Assembly: GCA_013115145.1 (NCBI GenBank)
Contig: JAAPAO010000315.1
Location: 1-40,278 of the forward strand
Reading direction: 5' to 3'
Source of the DNA: Perkinsus chesapeaki ATCC PRA-425
Taxonomy: Eukaryota; Protista; Perkinsozoa
Length of the DNA stretch: 40,278 nt
The stretch's first letter is position 1, and each line of letters starts with the position of its first letter. The position numbers and the translations under genes are program-made. This document shows positions 10,801 to 21,579 of this stretch, piece after piece. Under the pieces are notes generated by a model. It saw only the letters and a program-made list of their open reading frames with translations. It was not told the origin of the DNA and made no database searches.

Positions 10801-13800
10801 TACTGTTAGAGTCCCAACCGTTTTGAAAGAATATCAATTTACCCACCCCACTCACTCGCAGGCCCTCTGTTGAAGCTCCACACTCAGTGAGCTCGTAAAT
10901 TGACTAAGTAACGACTTCAACTTATCCTTCTGAGATTGGTTCAAATCCAATCGACTTAGCAGTTTCATCACGCAGGAAAGAATGTATCTGAATAATAACC
11001 TACACAAAAACCTTTGGTGACACTCGAACTTAGAGGAACTACTCGGTGTGGGGATAAGTCCGAATAATTCCTCAAAAACACATGTCCTGTGCCATCGCAC
11101 ACTTGTCGGATTTCCACCGAGCCTTCCTTCTCTATAATTATGATACTCATTTTCCCTTGCTTTGTCTCCTACTCTAACAGTGTAGATTTTTGCGCACTTA
11201 CACAAATAAGCTAAAAAGTCCGAACATTCACTTTTCGAGCAAAGCCTCCTCCATTTCACGGATAGATTCAAGCCGTCGAAACGCACAGTAAACGTAGAAA
11301 TTGGCAAAAGACTTTCATCATTTATTCCACCGAATTTCACCACTCTCAAAAAGACCCGAGTCGATCCTTCTGGTTCAAAAGTATTTACGTTGCAGACGGA
11401 CCGTCTCCTGTCCAAGTAGACTAAGTACATGATATAGATATACCCCAAAATGATAAATAATGGAAAAATAATTAATGCAACACTGCAAAATAATAGAACA
11501 CACAGTATTTCTTCAATACTGCGTCTTTGATCATGATTATTATCTTGACTACACTAATATACGAATTTTAGTAAAGGCCAACAAAAGAGCAATTGTGGTG
11601 AAACACAACACCTTCACTACTATGCACTGCTGGTGTATGACCAAGTTGATGACACGGGCTACTAGCCTATATTATACAATAGATTATATAGGATATACAT
11701 ATATCAATGATATAAGTAAAATAATAAGTAGTAATAAAATAATACTAGTAATAATAGTAGCAATATAATGATATATTTGTAAACAATTGATACAAGCACG
11801 AAATCCAACCCTCTTACTGGCACACAACTGCTGATCCTCTCTCCCCATTAGCGCCACTATCAGACTTCACCACACCCGTTCTGACAACCCCTATAGAGCC
11901 AATGTCACATGACATAGACGAAGATGCCTTATTAGTTATCTAAATACAACACAAGAAGGACTTAATGAACTTTAACAGCTCAACAGTTCAAAACAAAAAA
12001 ATACACTTCGACAGGTCCGTTAGGTTCCCTTTCACCGCGAAACGAATAAAAACAGCATTACGAGAAGGTCTTATTAATACTGTCAATTACAACTAAAACT
12101 AACCTATCTTAAACAACTTCACTTCATTGAAAATCCCAACTGTTCGTGATACGCCAACTAGCTCAACTATGGAAAAGGAAGCTGGAACCACAGAACCGCC
12201 AAACAGAGGGGAGATTTTCACATGATCTTTGAGATCCTGTCATCCTCATGCTCGTTGAAATCTTCCATTGTATGAAGCAAATTGTTCCATACGCTCTCCT
12301 TGTATAAGGCCCCGTTTGCCTCATTCCCGACCATCCTGCAAGATCGGTTCTTGCAATAATACAATTAAGTTCTCATGGCTAATTTAATATAGCGTCAGTT
12401 TAAACAACTTTATTTTCTATCTTATTCTACTAGCCAAACAAGCAAACTTCTTCGGAATGCCACCTCACGACTCGGCCTTATTGGCCTTGCCTCGGGAGTT
12501 TTCAGTGATTATGGCTTAGCCAGCGCCACAGTATCTCTCTGAGCGCAGCCGCACACCAAAGGTTCTTCTTAGCTGCATTTTCCCCCATAGGCTGGTAAAA
12601 TGCGTGGCATAGTGTTATCTTACATATTCGATAAGATTGATAACATCATCATTGGTAATAACAATTCTCTGTCCATCAACTCCGACAGCTCCTTCACCGT
12701 TAACCAGTAAGTCGCCGTACTCTCCAATTGCCCAAACGGCGGTTTCGACCTGATAAGTCTCATACCACACTTTTCCTTAATCACACCTACCAGGGCGTCA
12801 CTCGACTTCATCGCCAATCTGTGCAGCTTAGAGCTTCCTAGAGTCTCCTGAGACACAACATCACCGATCACTACAGTAGTGCTTATGTTTTCACGTTGCA
12901 ATCTTGATACGAATTACTCTGCGTCGATATGATTGCATTAATGTCGCATTGTCGATTCGATCTCGTTATTGTTATACGCCTACAATTATTGCCGGCAACT
13001 ATATGATAAACTACAGTAAAGAGAGTTATTAACATATTTATCAGTGATTTCAAAAATTATCATTTATGCTCAACCTATTTCGCAACTCGCTCTGTCAGTA
13101 AAACTACCCTACTTGGAAAGTATATACTCCAGCACGGGCCCCATGGGAATTCTGTCGGCAACGACTACTCTACTAGATTCATATCAACTGTCTCTGCAAC
13201 CTATCCACTAACTCCTTCGCTTCATCTCGCCGGACGCGAACAAAAACCGAGGCCGATCGAAAAGTGCATTTTCTACGGCGTTTCGTGGGGGTAAACTCAG
13301 CTTAGGAAGGCCGACGTCCGATATTTTTGTCCGAAATTCGATCCGTTCGAACCCCTCTGGCTCAGGACGTCATAGAGGCGCACAACCGAATGTTTCCCGC
13401 GTTTTTCCTTTCCTGAAGAGCTTACCAGTAAGGTGAAGTAAAGTTTGTGAACTGCGTAGTTGTACAACTGTGGGGTCGACGCAATTGAGTTGCACACAGA
13501 AGATATGACCGAGTCCGGTACCGACGAGCCGCCAAGGACCATAACCTAACATAAAGAGCTAGAACTCTGAAACAGATACCTATACAGCAATGCAAATGGG
13601 CTAAGTTGCTCGAACAATGTCCTCAGGACGATGCTAGCGGTTTACAGATAAATTTTATTTGCCTTACACTGGCAAATAAAACACAGTCTCGCGCTCTTGT
13701 TGACTCTCCATCGGCAATGCCGGAGCATGCCCTCGGTGTGTTGAGAAATCATACCGAAAAAGTTCCAGCTCCATCGACTTCTTTGCTAGCCGTGAAATTT

Positions 13801-16800
13801 CACAACAATGAAATATAAGATAATAACAGAAGCATACGGTAGACAAATAATATAATATATCCTACAAGTAGTGATGAATGTTATAGATTATCACACTTGC
13901 AAAAAAAGTCTTAAAATTGATCGTGGGAAGTTTAAGGTCCTTCACGGAGTCAGCAGCTACTGCTATCAAATAGTACCAACTTACCTTGATGAGAGTATCG
14001 ATCTGCCATCTCCTACTCGGGGCATACTTCTTGGCCATGCTGCAAATGCATGTTATTAAATCCTCTCTAAACTCAGCGTCCGTAACAATAAGGTAATTCA
14101 AAAACTCGTTCGTCATTTGCTGAAAAATAGACCAATTCTTGCAATCTCGTCATCACTTGCATTTCCTCAACGCAGACCCTACCTTAACATTGTCCTCACT
14201 TATAAGACTATAGGCGACATCGAGTGCTCTTCTTCTCAAACTAATATCAGGATCCGTCAGACAGCTCAGGATAACCGATCGCTGTTTCTGAACCTGTAGT
14301 CGGAAGGTCGTGAGTTCGAATCCTGGCGGGAGCATTTCCAGCTTACTGCGCCGATGTCCACTGAAACCACGCTTTTGAGAGCCTCTAGAGCAACATACCT
14401 AAAGTGTACCAGTCCACCATATATTAATAAACGGTGACCGGTATCCGAGGTTGAAGCACACAAGATACGAAATAGGTCAAGGCAGTGCCTTGGAGGCACA
14501 TGCCACTTACTTCACATTATTATCCTTATGTGTGAGGAATCTTCCCAAAATGTTAACTCCAAGCACTCGTAAAGAAGGATCCGCGACCGGACCAACATAC
14601 ACTATAGTGCGCACACATTCGTATCTAAAGGTCGACCATGCAAGATATAAAACAGCTCAAGTTGTAGCTGCCCACAACACGGCGTTCCCTGCGTTCTTGG
14701 CTCCCTCGGTGTTGGTGGCAACTTGCGCCAACACATCGCTCACTTCCTCTGGCAACGGCTGGTTCAAATCGATCAACAACCGAAGTGTCTTCAAAATCTT
14801 GACCTGATAAAAACCATAACAATGCCCCCTGCCAAATCGATCACGTGATCGATATCTCACCTGCAAGAACGGATCCGTGATCCCGCCAACGTCGTATTCT
14901 TGCGAGTTGCCATACCCACTAATCGTAAGGGATCTCAACTGCTTCAGCAGCGTCGGCATCACATAGGCCAACTCCGCACGGTATATGCTCGGATCGGTCT
15001 GAAATGTCATATAGAGATAAGACAGTCACAGCAATTCCGCAACCGAGTGAACTGCTACTTTCCCAATATGCCCTCGAATAGAGTTTAGCACCAAAAAGCT
15101 ACAGCCGATCCGAGCCTTCTCACTGATATACGGCGAGCGGTTTTCTTACATCAGAAATTCACGCGTGGCAAAAATTGACAATGTCATTCTCATCAGATGA
15201 CAAACTTGTCATTGATCCAGTCGATCAAATGACATCTTCATCGATCTGATACTTCAGGAATTGAATGGTACGAAATCCTTGGATGAGCCAATTAATGCCC
15301 GCTAAATTACGCTGCCGGCAGAATTGTCAACTCTAACCTTTCTTCTGCCACTCGAGCTCACCAACTCACCTGCAGTAAATATCCCATCAGACTCAATGCG
15401 CTCAGCAGCACGCCATGGCTGCCTGTGGTGCCGGCTCGGGATCTGAAACGAAATACGGACTAAGAGAGAAGCAGGTCGTTTGCTCCTGGCTTTGAACTCA
15501 GAACAGTAAACCATTATACTGGGCATTAATCAAATAGAGAGGAAGATAATAAAGTGTTGAGGTATAACAACACAGCTGAGACTACGTGCCATTAAAGTAC
15601 ATCTACAGCGATTCTTACTATCACCTCTGAGTACACTGGTGACTTTAATATTAATATCTTCATGGATGTAACTCATATAGTTATAAAATTTTATTAAATA
15701 ATTAAATGCACCTTTCCCTTTTCAGCAAGTGATACAACATGGACAACCCGAGAGCGCGCGTCGCCTGATGGCCAACGGCATACTTAGCTCCACCTTACCC
15801 AGCAGCTCCACCACATGCACCTTCAATCAATGGGCCAACTCTCGATGAGAATTTATCTTCCAATTCATTAACCTAACAGACCATTCTCTCTCTGCTATAA
15901 TGGACCCAGTCAACATAGAACCATCACGAATAACCAATGATAAAGTGAGTCTAGGAATAAAAAATCCCTCTGTCAGGTGACGTGTATGTTCAGGAAACTT
16001 CGACAAGTTCCGAGCGATTCTCGTATCCCCCACAACTTTACCCCCACTGAAGTGAATCTATGGCTCACCCGTGGCTCCAACTCTCAGACGCGAAGACGGA
16101 ACGAAGACAGGAATTGAAATCATTTGGTGACACGAAAATGAATTAAATACAATATAATTATAAATAATAATAAAAAAATAAGTTAACCTCCCCATCGTCC
16201 CCCTCACCTTTTTCACTATCCTTAACGCACACAGTGCAGCCTTCTTCTGAATATACGGATTAGAGCTTCCTGGCCCCACCAGAAGTTGCTCAACCTTGCA
16301 GTACCAAACTCATGCGCATGCGTGCAGACGTATATTAGCTCACCTCGCGACTTAGTGACATACACATCTCCGTGGAGCCTATATTGGCTAAGGCACATAG
16401 AGCCAATCCTGTCACGTACTGATTCTGAAGGAGACGAGTAATGCATCTATTTAACTCGGAGTATTATTGGAAAATGGTGACCATTTAGAGCGCTCTCAAT
16501 CGCTCTACCGTTTGATGGTGAAGTGATTGGAGAGCGCTCGATCAAAGGTTCAGTTACTCTACATCTATTATACAAATGAAGCGATTGGACGAGACACACC
16601 CCCAGGAAGATCCAACACTACAGATGGAAATTAATGCTACTTCTCGCAAATCACGGCATTTGAACCTTTTCTGACACCTCTAGCTGTTACCTGCGAATTC
16701 AAATCGTTCTTAATGCTGTTCGTCACCAACATCAACAACTCCGAATTCTCATCCAACAGTTGTGTCAATCCGAGATACCTAATTTTCGAACTCGTAAAAA

Positions 16801-17720
16801 TTAGCTAAATTATGGCGCTCAATCTACCCCACGCGCTTCTCCGAGAACTTCGGTGACGCTATGAGCTTGAGGCAGTCCATCTGTCCGAAATGTGTCGGGT
16901 ACCCCAACATATGAATGTAGACCAACTTCGCAACATTGCGACTCCTATGACTGAATAAAACAGAAGCAACTATTACAACTTAAGTCGACTGAAGCTAAAT
17001 AGAGGGCCCGATTAAACGTATTTTACTGCCTAGTGTGGGATGGAACGGGTACGGTGCTGAGGCGCTGGGAGCAATGGCCCCGGTGAGCTGCCTTACGCAA
17101 TCAATGTCGCTCAATTTTTCATGGCGGAGTCCCACATAGGACCACAGAATATTGAGGTCGACGGAGACCAGCAATGCCAAGAAGATACCATCAATTATTT
17201 CAGTCTAGTAAACTGGGTAATAAAAAGTGAACGAAATGGGGTAAACCTAGCGGAGAGGCTTTCTGGGGCGACCAAAGTATGCATGTAGATTCCGGATCAG
17301 TGTACATTCCCTAAGAGAGACAGAACGCAGAAGAAAGGATTTCGGGGACGTGTAAAACGTGTTGCTGAACACTTCTCAGATTTATACAGAAGCAAACAGC
17401 AAACTAGCTGTAATGTAACGTAATGCAATGCGTGGATGAATACATACGCCTGGTGATGCCCAAAGAGGCCCACAATCGCAAAGCCACTTCAAATTTCGCC
17501 ATTGCGCCCTCAGCGCTAGCCTAAGATACTACTACGGGCGGCTCAGGACCGCCGGAGGGGTCCATTTCCAAAACCAGCCTTTCGATTCCCTGTATTACTC
17601 CGGATCACCGTCCTTAAACGACTGCCTTATAGCGGCACATTCCCGAGCCACTACCGCCTTCTCCTCGGATTGAGTCTTACACGCTCTTACTTGCCGGATC
17701 AACTCGCGAAGTTTAGTCAT
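7838..17720 (-). CDS. AP1G1: AP-1 clathrin adaptor complex gamma subunit (gamma-adaptin)
   Basis: In-phase GT-AG exons: 17599-17720 ([16 protein letters not shown]), 16828-16950 ([26 protein letters not shown]), 16691-16778, 16344-16424, 16208-16294 ([12 protein letters not shown]), 15370-15442, 14861-14998 (GITDPFLQ), 14676-14803, 14511-14624, 14347-14398, 14183-14293, 13985-14119, 13426-13545, 12624-12749 ([11 protein letters not shown]), 10856-10987 (VELQQRACE), 10291-10414, hinge 9796-9934, 8836-9009, 8639-8792, and ear domain 8318-8443 (EAAVPK), 7947-8075, 7838-7901. A few linker exons are unresolved. Confidence 0.96.
9241..9683. repeat. 38-bp minisatellite in an AP-1 gamma intron, interrupted by an assembly gap
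   Basis: Unit TATATAAATGTAATGAGGAGGAAGTGGAATAAAAATAA. About 4.4 copies precede and about 4.7 follow the N-run; true copy number is unknown. Confidence 0.95.
9408..9505. other. Assembly gap (98 N)
   Basis: Run of N inside the minisatellite. Confidence 1.
10207..10271. repeat. Exact tandem duplication (32 bp, period 33), intronic
   Basis: CAATAGGTGTACATTAGGCTCTCTAGCATTCA at 10207-10238 and 10240-10271. Confidence 0.95.
14302..14334 (+). pseudogene. tRNA 3'-half-like fragment filling most of a 53-nt intron (antisense to host gene)
   Basis: GGAAGGTCGTGAGTTCGAATCCTGGCGGGAGCA has a B-box/T-loop and an acceptor-like end. The T-stem is imperfect and no 5' half is present. Confidence 0.5.
15648..15690 (+). 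repeat. Short dispersed AT-rich repeat, copy 2 (copy 1 at 6494-6551)
   Basis: See copy 1. Confidence 0.6.
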
Positions 17721-18646
17721 TGCAAAACCAACAATCACCACTAATCAGTCGAGTTCGAAATAATAATGTTAATTATTTACTTAATGAAAATTAAAGATAG
17801 TCAACTACACAATTTAAGGCTGGGATTCAGGAAATGAATCAACCTTTCCATTGAAACCTACTGAAAATTCACGAACTGAATCTACTTTGTGAGTTAATGA
17901 ATCTCTCACGCTTCCCGTGGAACTTTCAAATTCGGTTTTTCGTTAATAATAACGACTTTTATTTCGTTTCTAACCCTGAATGTCGTCAAATAAATACTAC
18001 TATACACTAAAGCCCCGCTCGATTTCAGTGAACGAAACATAGATTTGAGCAAACGAGGAACTCAACTATATATTTTATATACAATTGAATATGAAATCAA
18101 TGTAAATAATAGTTGATACAGTAAAAGTTGGTACAGCATTCTTATCAAGGCTACTCCTGGAGGTGCAGAACCTCAGCGAGAGGATGACCACCACAGGCTG
18201 CTAAAGTTGTTAAGAATGTTAAAAATTAACAAAATATAAGTTCTTGATGAATGATAGTAAAAGTCTATTAAATAGGTATTAATGCATAAATGAATAATTT
18301 ACTTGACAAGTAATGACGACGTAAACATCTCACTTAATAATACTCTCAAGTTTAGAAATAATGAAATTCGTGTGGCGTAAAATATTACGCTACCACACGA
18401 TAAACCTGCCTCCCATTCCTCCATGTGTTTCCTTCCCTAAAAATTGATGGAAAATGAGAGCCCAACTTGCCATTAAGAATAATCGTCACGCGCCACAAAA
18501 CCCTGTTCCATTACCCAACTTGAACACTATTCCATCACATCCGCAAGCGAAGTAAGATGCTTTCAACTTACAATCAAGTATACAAAACAAGTAAGAATCG
18601 ACAAGTATCTTTTTGCACGCGTGTACAAAATCTTCGCAGTGCGCAA

Positions 18647-20074
18647 CTATGCCACCTTCCGCTTATCTTGCGTCTGGAAACTGAAGTACTGCACTCCTCC
18701 AAATGTCCTAGGCCACCATCTCTGTCGCAGCATCAGGTACAGTCCCCATATAAAATATGCTCCTCCCACAAGAATCAGGAACCCGCCAACGACCATATTA
18801 TTTCCGCCTTGCCAGTTGGTAGTAGTCATATAAATAGATTTCTTCCCTCCAAAATCCGCAGCCGGCCAATTGTCAACAACATCCACAACAATCTGATCTC
18901 CAGCAGCAAAACTCGCATCAATCCTCGCGAATAATTTCAAGAAAGTCGGAGTCGCTGCCGTAGTTATCCAATTTCTAAACACAGTTGACTCCATTCCCCA
19001 TCCGCTTGGATTCTTAACTTCATGGAACCCATCCAGATCTCCAACTCCGCACTCCTGCGTGAAATTGCAATGCAGCGTGTCGCCATACGAGCAATCCGGG
19101 ACCGTTATAAAATCTCCAGTGCCCGATCCATACCGTATTTCCCTCCCTTTCGGTATCACCCTGCGAAATGCCGTCTCCGCGTCCTTAGGCACACATAAAG
19201 TCGGTGGCTGCAACCACAGCAGCCAGAAATCGTTCACGCCGTACGGAACCCCGTTGGCATCTTTCCACAAGAAAGCCTCGTCCCTCATATCCACCGGATT
19301 CACCGTTTCAACCGTCGCATCGTTCGTTAATTCCTTTCCCATATAAACCTTGGGGATATCACTACTGCCATTTTCCCGATCCACAGTGACCCAAAAAGTG
19401 TCATTAAATGCGCTCTTCGCTATCAACCCACACGGCAGTGCCCCCACATTGTCATCATCCCCAATATGATCAAACAGTCCACACTTCCCACCATACCGAG
19501 TCGGCGGGATATTCGACGCCCCCGACTTCAACTGCGCGGTAGAAATGGATTTGATAAACTCAGCTTCATTTTGATAAACCCAATCCATCCTATAGTACAT
19601 ATAAACCGGCCCAGAGATGTTCTTCGTGACGGGGAATACCAATTGCCCGTCCGAATCGTACTTCACATTTGCCGACCAAACCTTGCTACTAGCAACCACA
19701 ATCAAGATGCCATACGACAACAGAACTGCCGCGATGACCCATACTAATAATACAGCTGTAAAGGGAGTTAGAACCTATTAGGCGGAGCGAAGCGTTTCAT
19801 CTTTCACATTTTCCCTTATTACCGGCATTGACACTTTATAATCTTGCTGCAGCAGAGCGTCCCACGCATTAATAAGTCTATCCTTCAGACTGACATGTCT
19901 CCGTGTCTCCTCTTCCTCCTGTACAGGCTCCCCTTTCGGTCGTTGCTCACCACTAAAACAACAACAACCATTAAAATGCAAGCGCGAGAACCAACGAGAT
20001 AACGCTTCACAGTGCCACGATTTTACATCCGTAATAAGACGGCCCAGTAGCTAGCAATAGAACTATCACCTCAT
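18647..20074 (-). CDS. CDC50: CDC50/LEM3 family protein (P4-ATPase flippase beta subunit)
   Basis: Exons: probable ATG-AG micro-exon 20070-20074, 19823-19952 (LLQQDYKVSMP), 18647-19774. Contains N-terminal TM (VLTPFTAVLLVWVIAAVLL), GPVYMYYRMD, PCGLIAKSAFNDTF, FRNWITTAATPTFLKL, FGGKKSIYMTTTNWQGGNN and a C-terminal TM. Confidence 0.93.
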
Positions 20075-21496
20075 TACCGTTTAGGCTAAAACCGTTCTTG
20101 GTGAGAATGGCCCTATTATTAACTCTAGCTGCAAATTGCAATGAGACTTCACTCCTATTCGTCCTCCCTCTACCAGTTCCTTCCCTACTGTTACTTCGAC
20201 CACCTTATTACTACTATAATAAATCACAAAACCATTAATCGTACTTCCTATATTCTTAAATGCCCCCGCCTTCTGGCCATAAAGTTGAGCTATAAACGAT
20301 TAATAGCGACAAAGCAGTTGAGTCACCTTATAAGTGAGAATATTGAGCCCAATCACTGCATTCGATTTTTCTCTACCATCTCCCTTTATTACTAATAAAC
20401 GGTAAAGAGTAAAAGCTGGTCAAAGCAACTTATTTTAATATCCAAGTTGCCGATATAAAATACCCAAACCATCGACTGTATTCCTATCATCGCTACTATT
20501 GGATCTAACTACCACCGACAAATGACGGAATCTTGACCGAATCACTATTGACTGTGAGCATTAAAACCATTGTTTGCATTCCTGCTTTCCATTCTCCTTG
20601 TTCTACCGAAGCTAGCTGATATCGGTAACCAACAAAAATGCGATCGAGTCACCGTATTGCAATTCAAGTTGCAAATGGCAAGTACTACAGTCCTATTGTC
20701 AATTCCCCTTGCTACTATCAGATGTAGCTGATGAAAATGTGATGGAATAACCCTATTGACACTTTTCTTACAAAAGTACTTAAAGTATCAATCCTATTCC
20801 TCCCCTCTATTACTATTCATCTAGAGATATATTATGATCCGGATGATGAGGCAGATCCGTCATAGTAGCGCCACCAGACACCTGATGCCGCCTACCGAAT
20901 AGCTGTCTTAGATTAACCATTTACAAATCTTACAACTGCCAACGGGGAAAACAAATACGAATTACGACGTTCTCGAAATTATACAGTGAAACCGATTTGC
21001 GGTTGATCGAAGCGCCTTAATTAGTCTCTCATTTCCTATATGGTGTGTAGATGTCTGTCGGCTTTCCTCACTCGATCTCTACTGTTCCCTTGCCGGGGAA
21101 TTCCTTCAAACGCGTCATCTCTGCAGGACTGCATGTTAACCTATTGCTTATCCATTTCGCATTAATCCTTCTTTGTGATGACTATCGCATCTACGAATAA
21201 TACTAAGATTCTGAACAACGCTGCATCAGCCGACTTAAACGTTTATAATTGTTAGTAGTGCTTTTCGATGATCTACGGACAACCTAATGCCCCCCCCATC
21301 TACTCCGCTGCACTATAAGGGTCTATGTATTCTAGCACTACTCGGGACCATTATTATTTTAACCGTCTACCCCGAGTTCCTCATAAAAATGCTGCAGTTT
21401 TGAGGTTGCCCATATAACAGCGCTGTTCTTCTGCATTCCTGACTAGTAGCCTAGTCTCCTCTAATCCTAAGCGCACAATCGCTGGAAAATTATCGG

Positions 21497-21534
21497 AAAA
21501 ATGACATCTGTGGGATTCGAACCCACGACCTTTG
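21497..21534 (-). pseudogene. tRNA 3'-half-like fragment with T5 run, about 45 nt after the giant gene's stop codon
   Basis: CAAAGGTC-GTGGG-TTCGAAT-CCCAC-AGATGTC-A-TTTTT: perfect 5-bp T-stem with a canonical loop. No complementary 5' acceptor strand was found upstream. Confidence 0.6.
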
Positions 21535-21579
21535 AAAAACCCAACACGTGAGCAACCAGAAATATTATTTCTTAACACC

